From positions 89,703 to 127,895 of IMG/VR virus record IMGVR_UViG_3300048586_000134: 38,193 nt of DNA; one strand, 5' to 3'. Origin of the DNA: a virus (taxonomy: Duplodnaviria; Heunggongvirae; Uroviricota; Caudoviricetes). Position numbers and translations under genes: made by a program. Below the pieces are notes generated by a model, which saw only the letters and a list, made by a program, of their open reading frames with translations, ran no database searches and had not been told where the DNA came from. Below are positions 30,901 to 38,193 of this stretch, one piece after another; within the stretch, counting starts at the first letter, position 1, and every line of letters starts with the position of its first letter.

Positions 30901-33900
30901 ACGGCACTCGCTGGAAAAGCGAATACCGCGCACGACCACGATACTCGATACTACACCGAAACCGAAGTCGATACCCTGCTTGCTGATAAGAGTAACACAA
31001 CTCACAATCACGACGCAAGCTACGCGCCACTGGTTCACAACCATGACACGCTGTACTACACCGAGTCGGAAGTTGACACCCTGCTGGCTGGAAAGTCCGC
31101 GACGAGTCACACACACGTCACCGCTGACGTAACGGGACTCGATACGGCTCTGGCAGGTAAGGCTGCTTCAAGCCACACGCACCATGTCAATGATCTGACC
31201 GCGACAGGAACGAAGTCTACGACGACCTTCCTCCGAGGTGACAACACCTGGGCGACTCCGCCGAACACAACCTATGCGGTTCCGACGCAAGCAGAAGCAG
31301 AAGCGGGTACGGCAACGACTGGACGCGCATTCAGCGCTCAGCGCGTCAATCAGGCGATTCAGGCGTTGGCTCCTGTTAAGGCTGCTGATCTGGCAACCAA
31401 GGCGAATGTGTCGCACACGCATGTCATCGGAGACACGACTGGCCTTCAGGCGGCTCTTGACGGTAAGGCAAGTACGACACACAATCACGATGCGACCTAT
31501 GCGGCTCTTGCACATACCCATGCTATCGCAGATACAACGGGATTGCAAGCGGCTCTGGATGGGAAGGCGTCAACAACACATAACCACGACGCGGCATACG
31601 CGGCGATTGGTCATAACCATGATGCTGCTTATGCGGCTCTCGTCCATGACCATGACACACGCTATTACACCGAGACAGAGGTTGATACCCTTCTTGGAGG
31701 AAAAGCGAACAGTTCGCACACGCACGCAATCTCGGATGTGACAAACTACCGTTCCGAAATCTGGAACGCGATGTCACACACCTCGCAACCAGCCGAAACC
31801 GAAATAGGTTCGGGAGCGGATGCGGGTACGGCGACTGCAAGCGTGGCGATTGGTAACAACGCGCAAACGCTTGAGGCAAACTCCGTTGCAATCGGTCAGT
31901 TTGCTGCTGCACACGGCGAAAGCTCGACTGTCATTGGTGATCTGGCGTATGCAATGGGTGACCGTGGCTTTGCGATTGGAGCAAACGCTGAAGCCGACAA
32001 TGCTGATGAAGGTGTTCTGAGAGCAAACTCGGTAAAGATTCAGCGGTCGAACGGAACGGGAGCAACGACGCTCAATGTGGCGGCTCCTGATGGTACGGCG
32101 AAGGTTCTTGGCATCGGCAATGATAACATTCCGACGATCAATGGCGTTGCACTCTCCATCCCGCACAACCATGACGCGACCTATGCGGCGATCAGTCACA
32201 CGCATGTTGCAGCGAACATTACCGACTTCGACACTGAGGTGTCCAACAACACCGACGTGACAGCAAATACGGCGGCTCGTCACAGTCATGCAAATAAGGC
32301 GCTTCTCGATACGTACGCACAAACAGAAGTCAATCTGGCAGATGCCGTAGCCAAGAAGCACAGTCACAGCAATCAGGCCGTACTTGACGCAACGACTGCT
32401 TCGTATACAACAGCGCTCAACACCAAGCTCTCTGGCATCGAAGCACTCGCTGATGTAACTGACGCAGCAAACGTAGACGCTGCTGGCGCGGTCATGAACT
32501 CCGACACCACAACTGCTTCAATGTCGTTTGTGGTTGACGAAGATGCAATGACTTCGAATAGTGCCACAAAGGTGCCGACGCAACAAAGTGTGAAAGCGTA
32601 TGTCGATACGGGATTGAGCGGAAAGGCGAACACGTCGCACACGCACACCGCAGCGAACATTACGGATTTCAGCACGGCGGCAGATGCACGAATTACGGCA
32701 CAAAAAGGTAATGCGAGTGGTCTGGCTACCCTGGATGCTGGCGGCAAGATTCCATCGACACAGCTTCCTGCTATCGGTCTCACGGATGTCAATGTTGTCG
32801 CGTCTCAGGCAGCGCAGCTTGCATTAACGGCCCAAGAGGGTGACGTTGCGATCCGCTCTGACCTGAACCGCAGCTATATCCACAATGGCGGTACAGCGGG
32901 AACTATGGCTGACTGGACCGAACTGGCAACGCCGACTGACGCAGTACAAAGCGTCAACGGTCAGACAGGTGCGGTTTCACTTACCACGACAAACATCAAT
33001 GAAGGTACGAATCTCTACTACACCGAGGCTCGTGTCAATGCGAATACGAATGTTGCGGCGAACACGGCTGCACGACACAGCCACTCCAACAAGGCTCTTC
33101 TTGATACGTACACACAGACCGAGGCAAACCTCGCGGATGCGGTATCCAAGAAGCACAGTCACGCAAATCAGGCAACGCTCGATGCGACAACCGCTTCCTA
33201 CACGACAGCACTCAACACGAAGCTGACAGGTATTGAAGCACTCGCTGATGTGACGGATGCGGCGAATGTTGATGCGGCTGGTGCAGTTATGAATTCGGAC
33301 ACGACAACGGCAAGTATGTCGTTTGTTGTGAATGAAAACAACATGGTGTCGAATAGTACGACCAAGGTTCCAACGCAGGCAAGCGTCAAGAGTTATGTCG
33401 ATACTGGTCTGGCTGGTAAGGCGGCAAGCTCGCACTCACACGCTATCTCGGACGTGACAAACTTACAGACAACGCTCGATGGTAAGGCGTCCTCGACACA
33501 TAACCATGATGCAACGTATGCGGCTCTGTCGCACACACACACGGCAGCGAATGTTACTGATTTTGCTGAGGTTGTCCGAGATACGATGGGAACCGCGCTC
33601 GTTGCGGGTTCGAACATCACGATTACACCAAATGATGTAGGCGATACCATTACGATTGCTGCTACGTCAACTGCTCCTGTAACGTCGGTTAACACCCTCA
33701 CTGGTGCGGTCACGCTTACGCAAGATAACATCGGTGATGGTACAACATACAAACAATACTCGCAAACCGAGAAGAGTAAGCTCGCTGGCATCGAAGCTGG
33801 TGCAGACGTTACTGACGCGGCAAATGTCGATGCTGCTGGCGCGGTAATGAATTCGGATACTTCGACGGCTTCTATGTCCTTTGTCATTGACGAAGACGCG

Positions 33901-34782
33901 ATGACAACGAATACCGCGACCAAGGTGCCGACACAACAGAGCGTGAAAGCCTACGTTGACGCGGGGCTTGCAACGAAGGCGGCGACAAGCCATAATCACG
34001 ATGCAACCTACGCAGCGCTTTCGCACACGCACGATGACCGCTACTACACTGAAAGTGAAATGGCGACTCTGTTGAACGCGAAAGCAGGATTGGTTCACAC
34101 GCATGCGGCATCTGAGCTTACAGCAACAGGTACGCGAGACGCAACGACATTTCTCCGTGGTGACAACACATGGCAAGTGCCTCCTCTTGCAACCCATACG
34201 CACGATGATCGATATTATACTGAGACTGAGATTAACTCTCAGATGTCAGGCAAGGCAAACTCAGTACACAGTCACGCCGCAGTCGATGTCATCGACTTCG
34301 CTGAAACCGTTCGTGATACAATGGGTGCAGCCCTTGTTGGTGGTACGGGTATCACGGTTACGCCAAACGACGTTGGAGATACCATTACCATTACGAATAA
34401 CGCCTCGGTGGTGACTGTCTGCGATTCTGCAAGTGCTGCATCGACAGCAAGTACGACAAGCACGACAGTCTATGCTACAGCGTTATCTACGAACATCACA
34501 CTTCCTGCTGGTACGTGGACGGTGAATGCTATTGGCGGTCTTCTCTGTACACACAGCGCAAGTGGTACTGTGAACGTGCAAACTGTTATTGCTGGTGATG
34601 CAGGAACAGCACGCGCAATCAGCGGTGTTTCAAGTTCATCTCCAAATATGGTGGTAGACAACGCTGTTAAGGGAGGCCAGTCTGGAACAATTACCTGTCT
34701 CATTCAGTACAAGTCCAGCACGGCTGGAACAACTGCTGCGAAGAACCCTTGGATTACCATTATTGCGGAGAGAACCGCGTAA
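24958..34782 (+). CDS. Giant (3274 aa) His-rich repetitive fibre protein, tail fibre/whisker-like
   Basis: Many HxHD, HTHDDRYYTETE, RANHTGTQ, SVNGQTG and HxIADVTGLQxALDGKA (phage tail repeat-like) units; YadA-head-like xAIG repeats at about 31810-32010. Confidence 0.85.
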   Translation: MEHTDRDQLARALHGGRATEIEAALRDVISDFVRDQTDVRQAVADVIYQMGMGDIDAGVISVNGRLGTVVLTQDAIPDGNNAKQFSIFDKAKLDSVAIGATANQTDAFLVSRANHTGTQSADTIVNGVTNKVLTAAEKAKLTSMNAGATVNSPDSFLLNRANHTGTQSAATISDLSNVVRSILADISIAVSSVNGQGGDVVLDLDDILAGQLNKHFTEAEKVKLLGIASGATANNTDAFLTNRANHTGTQSSTTIADFDTAVATNTFVAAATAARHTHANKSVLDNVTAAYTTTEQTKLAGIAPNATANASDAQLRDRSTHTGTQAPDTIDGLAETILDTVGNSLIAGDNISIVYDDEGDTVNFVVSATSGAVSSVNGQTGIVALDQDDIPDGTTAKQFTATEKTKLSGIATGATANSTDAQLRSRATHTGTQTASTISDFDLAVSQNTTVQANTTARHSHTNKALLDSYNRTNEEISNAVAIAHSHTNGAVLNATTASFTTALKTKLDGIATGATANDTDANLRSRATHTGTQPSTTISDFAEAVRDTMGVALVAGTNITITPDDAANTITINSTASTSGEVESVNGQIGIVVLDQDDILDGTTAKQFTATEKTKLAGIATAATANSTDAQLRDRATHTGTQLSSTISNFQTSVSANTDVAANTTARHTHTNKTILDAVTAAFTTADETKLDGIQAGATVNATDAALRDRTTHTGTQPSTTISDFSEAVRDTMGLALVAGDNVTITPDDNANTITITSVAGGQVDSVNGQTGNVTLTQDDVADGLIAKQFTVSEETKLAGIAAGATVNDTDAALRDRSTHTGTQTASTISDFQTTVSANATVAANTAARHTHTNQAVLDATTASFTLADESKLDGVQAGATANASDSSLRDRSTHTGTQTSNTISDLSETILERVGGILQAGANVTLTPNTETDTITIAAIVESGMGEVNSVNGATGVVTLDTDDIPSGTVTSQYTNTEKTKLAGIQSGATANATDAQLRDRSTHTGTQLASTISDFQTAVSANADLVALVGHDHDADYAALVHDHDGRYYTETEVNTLLTGKSDTTHNHDAEYATIGHDHDLDYALIAHGHVIADVTGLQTALDGKAATTHNHDLTYAPIVHTHDEYATDADLTAGLATKSNTTHIHDDRYYTETEVDDALVLKANADHTHADLVTDAEFATALAGKSDTTHNHDTVYAALSHGHVIADVTGLQAALDAKAAAGHNHDSAYAALVHGHVIGDVTGLQTALDGKASTSHNHDLVYSAIGHTHSDLVTDAELATALSGKADTVHDHDTRYYTETETDTLLAGKANTVHTHDDRYFTESEVTTLLAGKSDTTHNHDAAYAVIGHNHDSAYASITHDHDTDYAALVHDHDGRYYTETEVDDALVLKADADHLHTGVYAPVAHDHDLDYAAIGHLHDDRYFTETEVTDALAAKANVAHMHAIADTTGLQAALDGKAATVHNHDAAYAALVHGHAITDVTGLQTALDGKAATGHDHDLDYAAIDHTHADLVTDGEFATALAGKSDIAHTHDGRYYTETEVDTFLAGKSDTTHNHDAAYAALGHNHDADYADIAHNHDLDYADIAHLHDGRYYTETEIDTALALKSDTTHNHAGVYAPTVHDHDSRYYTETEIDTALAGKANTTHAHAIADVTNLQSSLDGKASSTHNHDLVYAAIGHNHDAAYSALGHNHDDRYFTESEVTTALAGKSDTGHTHTAANVTDFNTAADARITAQKGVASGLATLDGSGKIPTTQIPPIAMTDVSVVASQAAQLALTSQEGDVVIRTDLNRTYIHNGGSAGTMADWTEMATPTDVVQSVNGQTGVVTLTTTNVNEGTNLYYTEARVNANTNVAANTSARHSHSNKATLDAVTAAFTTALNTKLTGIETGADVTDAANVDAAGAVMNTDTTTAAMQFVVDEDSMTSNSATKVPTQQSVKAYVDTGLATKASSTHNHDATYAALVHDHDSRYYTETEIDTALAGKANTAHDHDTRYYTETEVDTLLADKSNTTHNHDASYAPLVHNHDTLYYTESEVDTLLAGKSATSHTHVTADVTGLDTALAGKAASSHTHHVNDLTATGTKSTTTFLRGDNTWATPPNTTYAVPTQAEAEAGTATTGRAFSAQRVNQAIQALAPVKAADLATKANVSHTHVIGDTTGLQAALDGKASTTHNHDATYAALAHTHAIADTTGLQAALDGKASTTHNHDAAYAAIGHNHDAAYAALVHDHDTRYYTETEVDTLLGGKANSSHTHAISDVTNYRSEIWNAMSHTSQPAETEIGSGADAGTATASVAIGNNAQTLEANSVAIGQFAAAHGESSTVIGDLAYAMGDRGFAIGANAEADNADEGVLRANSVKIQRSNGTGATTLNVAAPDGTAKVLGIGNDNIPTINGVALSIPHNHDATYAAISHTHVAANITDFDTEVSNNTDVTANTAARHSHANKALLDTYAQTEVNLADAVAKKHSHSNQAVLDATTASYTTALNTKLSGIEALADVTDAANVDAAGAVMNSDTTTASMSFVVDEDAMTSNSATKVPTQQSVKAYVDTGLSGKANTSHTHTAANITDFSTAADARITAQKGNASGLATLDAGGKIPSTQLPAIGLTDVNVVASQAAQLALTAQEGDVAIRSDLNRSYIHNGGTAGTMADWTELATPTDAVQSVNGQTGAVSLTTTNINEGTNLYYTEARVNANTNVAANTAARHSHSNKALLDTYTQTEANLADAVSKKHSHANQATLDATTASYTTALNTKLTGIEALADVTDAANVDAAGAVMNSDTTTASMSFVVNENNMVSNSTTKVPTQASVKSYVDTGLAGKAASSHSHAISDVTNLQTTLDGKASSTHNHDATYAALSHTHTAANVTDFAEVVRDTMGTALVAGSNITITPNDVGDTITIAATSTAPVTSVNTLTGAVTLTQDNIGDGTTYKQYSQTEKSKLAGIEAGADVTDAANVDAAGAVMNSDTSTASMSFVIDEDAMTTNTATKVPTQQSVKAYVDAGLATKAATSHNHDATYAALSHTHDDRYYTESEMATLLNAKAGLVHTHAASELTATGTRDATTFLRGDNTWQVPPLATHTHDDRYYTETEINSQMSGKANSVHSHAAVDVIDFAETVRDTMGAALVGGTGITVTPNDVGDTITITNNASVVTVCDSASAASTASTTSTTVYATALSTNITLPAGTWTVNAIGGLLCTHSASGTVNVQTVIAGDAGTARAISGVSSSSPNMVVDNAVKGGQSGTITCLIQYKSSTAGTTAAKNPWITIIAERTA

Positions 34783-34791
34783 GGAGAGAGT

Positions 34792-35118
34792 ATGGCCCTT
34801 TATACCGTAACCCTTCCTGCTTCATTCGATCCTGCCGAGGACGATGCTGGTGTGTTACACGATTGGTTAGTTGGAAAGGGCGTCGTTGTAAACGGTGTCA
34901 CCATCAACTCAAATGGCACAGCCACCATTGATTCGGAGACCGATCCTGCACCTGTCTTGGCTCAATACACGTCGGTGGCGGATACCCAACGCCGACGTGC
35001 AAGACAGGCGTTACAGGGACTTAACGCAATTAACCTGAATACCGCAACGAACGTTCAAGTACGTGACGCTGTGCGGCTCACCCGCGTCCTGATTAACTAT
35101 ATTGTGCGCACAATATAG
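34792..35118 (+). CDS. Hypothetical protein, possibly fibre-associated chaperone
   Basis: AAGGAG RBS, immediately after the fibre gene. Confidence 0.7.
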   Translation: MALYTVTLPASFDPAEDDAGVLHDWLVGKGVVVNGVTINSNGTATIDSETDPAPVLAQYTSVADTQRRRARQALQGLNAINLNTATNVQVRDAVRLTRVLINYIVRTI

Positions 35119-35142
35119 TTCTGTGGGGAAAGGAGATAGATC

Positions 35143-35217
35143 GTGGAATTTGCTATACCGCTAATCCTTTCCCTGTTTGTCGTGTTTGTCCTTTTCACAA
35201 AGCGACCTATAGAATAA
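35143..35217 (+). CDS. 24-aa membrane micropeptide
   Basis: AAGGAG RBS, GTG start. Confidence 0.45.
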   Translation: MEFAIPLILSLFVVFVLFTKRPIE

Positions 35218-35226
35218 GGAGCTAGC

Positions 35227-35547
35227 ATGGAGCTTGTCTTTCTTTTGCTCACAGCGGCAACGGTTTTTGGATTTGGTTACTTTTGGGGCTACGAGCGAAA
35301 GGGAGGTCCGTGGACTGCTGTCGCTGCATTTATCTTTTTGCAAGCGGCAGCAGTCATCTCCGCAGTTACGGAAGCTGACGCCTCAACGATTGCTTGGCAG
35401 TTTTGCTTCAACATCATCGTCTTCAACTCAGCGGCAGCAGGCTATCAGCTTGGCGTCCCTGTCCGACGACCTTGGTGGAGGAAGCTCATGGCAGGGCACA
35501 TCATTGCAATTACTGTTTTGATCTGCTATGCTATCTACCTCTCGTAA
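35227..35547 (+). CDS. Membrane protein (about 4 TM)
   Basis: AAGGAG RBS, hydrophobic. Confidence 0.75.
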   Translation: MELVFLLLTAATVFGFGYFWGYERKGGPWTAVAAFIFLQAAAVISAVTEADASTIAWQFCFNIIVFNSAAAGYQLGVPVRRPWWRKLMAGHIIAITVLICYAIYLS

Positions 35548-35573
35548 GAGAGAGCGGGGGAAACCCCGCGAAA

Positions 35574-35645
35574 CGGTGTGATGCCGAATGGAGAGGCACT
35601 CGCTTCGGGAGCGAGAAAAAGTGGGTTCAATTCCCGCCACACCGA
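35574..35645 (+). tRNA. tRNA-Pro(CGG)
   Basis: C1:G72, A73, CGG 35606-35608. Confidence 0.92.
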
Positions 35646-35680
35646 CCGCTGCTTTTCCGCAGCGTAGATTGGAGGTTCTT

Positions 35681-36136
35681 ATGGCCTATGATTCACGACA
35701 GGACACCCTGAATCACATTCACCGTGTCCGAGAATTGCTTGAAGACGTTCGCAACGAATTCGAGATTCGTGCTATTCTTCACGATCAGAGCAAGCTGGAA
35801 AGTCCCGAAAAAGAAGCATTCGACCGCTTGACACCTCGCCTCAAGACACTCGAATACGGAAGTCCCGAATACGAGGAGTCCCGCCGAGAGCTAGGAGAAG
35901 CGCTCGAACATCACTATGCGAATAACAGTCACCACCCCGAGCATTTCGAGAACGGGGTAAACGGCATGACGTTGTTCGATGTACTGGAAATGTTAGTGGA
36001 TTGGAAGGCGGCATCAGAGCGTCATGAAACGGGCGACATTAACAAGAGTCTCACAACCAACATCACGCGTTTCAATATTGATCCGCAGCTACAGTCAATT
36101 CTCGAAAACACCGTAAAGGCTTTTGGCTGGACATAA
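35681..36136 (+). CDS. HD-like His-rich protein (DUF5662-like)
   Basis: HDQSKL...HHYANNSHHPEHF...DWKAASER; start moved to ATG 35681. Confidence 0.65.
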   Translation: MAYDSRQDTLNHIHRVRELLEDVRNEFEIRAILHDQSKLESPEKEAFDRLTPRLKTLEYGSPEYEESRRELGEALEHHYANNSHHPEHFENGVNGMTLFDVLEMLVDWKAASERHETGDINKSLTTNITRFNIDPQLQSILENTVKAFGWT

Positions 36137-36139
36137 TGA

Positions 36140-36226
36140 GGAGCGGTGGCCGAGAGGTAAGGCGCGTTTCTGCTAAAAACGTGAAGGGTGAATAACCCCG
36201 CGCAGGTTCGATTCCTGTCCGCTCCG
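36140..36226 (+). tRNA. tRNA-Ser(GCT)
   Basis: GCT 36172-36174, long variable arm, G73. Confidence 0.93.
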
Positions 36227-36244
36227 CCGTTCATGGAGGATTAC

Positions 36245-36325
36245 ATGGACATTTTGTTTGTTATTGTACCAGTCGTGCTTAGCATCCTGATCGCACGACG
36301 ACCAGATAGTAGAATATACTTTTAG
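36245..36325 (+). CDS. 26-aa membrane micropeptide
   Basis: GGAGG RBS, MDILFVIVPVVLSILIARR... Confidence 0.5.
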   Translation: MDILFVIVPVVLSILIARRPDSRIYF

Positions 36326-36326
36326 A

Positions 36327-36355
36327 AGCGTCATCCGAAAGGGTGGCGCTTTTTT
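36327..36355 (+). terminator. Intrinsic terminator
   Basis: AGCGTCATCC-GAAA-GGGTGGCGCT then a T run. Confidence 0.85.
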
Positions 36356-36391
36356 GTTGGGAGGGATTATGCAAGAAGAGTACTACGTAAT

Positions 36392-36416
36392 ACGCCTCGA
36401 TACGGGCGTCTTTTTT
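36392..36416 (+). terminator. Second intrinsic terminator
   Basis: ACGCCT-CGATAC-GGGCGT-C-TTTTTT. Confidence 0.7.
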
Positions 36417-36518
36417 GTCAACCTTGGAAGTTTCTTTATGAGACCGATAGAAACAATGTACCACTTCGTTCGTCTCGATCTTGAGGAGACCTTCGAAGAC
36501 GAGAAATGGAGATAACGA

Positions 36519-36890
36519 ATGGCAACAAAAGATCGTATCTACCCTGGTGACACATTGCCAGTGGCGTATGAATGTCGTATGCCTGATGAGGATAACCCAA
36601 ACAACTCAAATGGTCTCCCAGCGACACCAACGATTGCTGTTGCTCGCGTCTTTAACAGTACAGTCGGTGAGTTCTTGGAAATCGGTGGCCCTGGTGTCTT
36701 CGAGGATGCAGTAGCAATTGAAGCGCAGGAGGGAAATGGACAGTATGACAAGGGTGGCGTGCTTCGCTATACCGTTGATTCTGTTTTTACTGTTGATCCT
36801 GGCGATTATACGCTCTTCATCACCGCGACATTTGCTAATGGTGTCAAATTGACCGAGAATCGCAAATACAAGATTGAAGAATACCGTTAA
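36519..36890 (+). CDS. Hypothetical beta-rich protein, possibly virion
   Basis: GGAG RBS; YPGDT...DPGDYTLFITATF pattern. Confidence 0.7.
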   Translation: MATKDRIYPGDTLPVAYECRMPDEDNPNNSNGLPATPTIAVARVFNSTVGEFLEIGGPGVFEDAVAIEAQEGNGQYDKGGVLRYTVDSVFTVDPGDYTLFITATFANGVKLTENRKYKIEEYR

Positions 36891-36917
36891 ATGGTATCTA
36901 TAAATGGGAGGTTGTAA

Positions 36918-37403
36918 ATGCCAGGAGGTAGACCACGCTTATTGCTTGACGACGAAGACACTCAAAGAGTTCTTAAAGAGTGGGAGCAGGGTACTGGATA
37001 CAGTGCCATAGCGGTTAAACTTGGGCTGTCTGTCAAGCGTGTCAGAAATACTATCGAGGCGGCGGGACACACTATCGAGAAGAGAATGAAGGCAGAGCAA
37101 CATGGAAGATGGAAAGGTGGACAGCCTTACTATCACTCTGGTTATAAGTACGTCTGGATTTCTCAAGAACACCCATTTCGCATAATGGCGAATACAAATG
37201 GCCGTGTTGCAGAGCATCGTCTTGTTATGGCTGAGCATCTTGGACGACCGTTAGAGTACCACGAAAGTGTGCATCACAAGAACGGTGTACGAGATGACAA
37301 TCGACTCGAAAATTTACAGCTTCTTGTGAAAGCACACCCAACGGGTTATATCCCACGATGCCGTTGTTGCGGATCATACGAAATCATTTTTGAAGAACTA
37401 TAG
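36918..37403 (+). CDS. HNH endonuclease with N-terminal HTH
   Basis: EHRLVMAEHLGRPL...VHHKNGVRDDNRLENLQLL. Confidence 0.92.
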   Translation: MPGGRPRLLLDDEDTQRVLKEWEQGTGYSAIAVKLGLSVKRVRNTIEAAGHTIEKRMKAEQHGRWKGGQPYYHSGYKYVWISQEHPFRIMANTNGRVAEHRLVMAEHLGRPLEYHESVHHKNGVRDDNRLENLQLLVKAHPTGYIPRCRCCGSYEIIFEEL

Positions 37404-37411
37404 GAGGATAA

Positions 37412-37600
37412 ATGGCACGGACACGTAAAGATCACTTCTCGGACGACTCGGTACGCGAAGCAGAATCAGAAGCGCATAAGAATCGGAGACAGGTTTCGCA
37501 GCAACTTCGTGATTACTATCAGACCGATTTTCTGGATGAGTATGACGATGATGATTTTGAAACCTTTGAGCCGATCAAGCCGAAGTACGCCAAGAAGTAA
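37412..37600 (+). CDS. Hypothetical protein
   Basis: AGGAGG RBS, 62 aa. Confidence 0.7.
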   Translation: MARTRKDHFSDDSVREAESEAHKNRRQVSQQLRDYYQTDFLDEYDDDDFETFEPIKPKYAKK

Positions 37601-37611
37601 GGAGTTTCCGC

Positions 37612-38046
37612 ATGGAATTTGAAGAACCCAAGAAGCGGCCTGGACGACCAAAAGGCTCTCGAAACAAGTCTCCCGAAGTACAGCAATTTATTAAACAGTT
37701 CGAACATATTTACGAACGCGTTGAGCACCTGATGAATGATGAACAACGCGACTACTATCAGAAGGCGTTTGCAGGACAGGCTCCATTTGATCCGATCAAG
37801 GATGCAGAACTGTTCATGCGTCTCTATGGCATCTACTCTGTTGGTGTTGTTGGCAAGGCAATCGAAGAAGGAAAGGCATCCGAGTCGATTGCACAAACCG
37901 CCGCACAGTATCGTATGGGCCTGAAAGACCTCTTTGATATGCAAAGCAAGCGCGAGGAAGCAAAGGATAAAGATGGTAACAAAGCAGGAGTGGCTGACCC
38001 AACACGCAAGCCCGAGATGGCTCTCTTCGAAGATTTACATCGATAG
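37612..38046 (+). CDS. Probable terminase small subunit-like protein
   Basis: N-terminal KRPGRPKGSRNK motif common in TerS; helical body. Confidence 0.45.
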   Translation: MEFEEPKKRPGRPKGSRNKSPEVQQFIKQFEHIYERVEHLMNDEQRDYYQKAFAGQAPFDPIKDAELFMRLYGIYSVGVVGKAIEEGKASESIAQTAAQYRMGLKDLFDMQSKREEAKDKDGNKAGVADPTRKPEMALFEDLHR

Positions 38047-38193
38047 TTTTCCAGAAAATCAACGGGATCAAGTCATTGAGCAATTAGCCTTTACCTTTCC
38101 GACATGGTTCTTCGAGGTGCTGTGTTCCTATCACGGCTCTCCCCTTGTCCTCGAACCGTTCCAAGTCAAATACCTCCTAGACGAGTCGCTTTT

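Noticed and set aside
24982-34703. Long antisense and alternative-frame ORFs within the giant fibre gene (up to 339 aa)
   Set aside because: Expected from the codon bias of an Ala/Thr/His/Asp-rich repetitive gene; no RBS or recognisable domain.

Overview
This window looks like part of a large (probably jumbo) phage genome; every supported gene is on the + strand. Bases 1-24.9 kb form an RNA-metabolism island. It begins with the 3' part of a Ro60/TROVE (Rsr) gene and holds about 40 tRNA genes; two more lie near 35.6 and 36.1 kb, giving 42 in all and covering all 20 amino acids. The main finding is 11 paralogous Y RNA-like ncRNAs interleaved with the tRNAs. Each has the Ro60-binding bulged-C helix and a conserved [C]GA-N8/9-NGUUAYC 5' strand, each starts 2-4 nt after a tRNA discriminator base, and each carries a different internal module. 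Several modules are circularly permuted tRNA mimics, some displaying anticodon-like loops. The same array contains a type A-like RNase P RNA with an ORF in its specificity domain and a tmRNA-like alanyl tRNA-like domain lacking an mRNA domain. It also contains HNH and PD-(D/E)XK nuclease genes that split or duplicate tRNA genes and bring a replacement isoacceptor, three copies of a sigma70-like promoter, and several unassigned structured RNAs. Protein genes include PnuC, a kinase and NadR (NAD salvage), a thioredoxin, a vWA protein, a metallophosphoesterase, a SLOG protein, a holin-like protein and two small secreted peptides. Bases 24958-34782 encode a 3274-aa His-rich fibre-like protein, and the window ends with a probable terminase small subunit. 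All RNA structures were folded by eye and all protein families were recognised from motifs. No database search was run, so ends may be off by a few nt.
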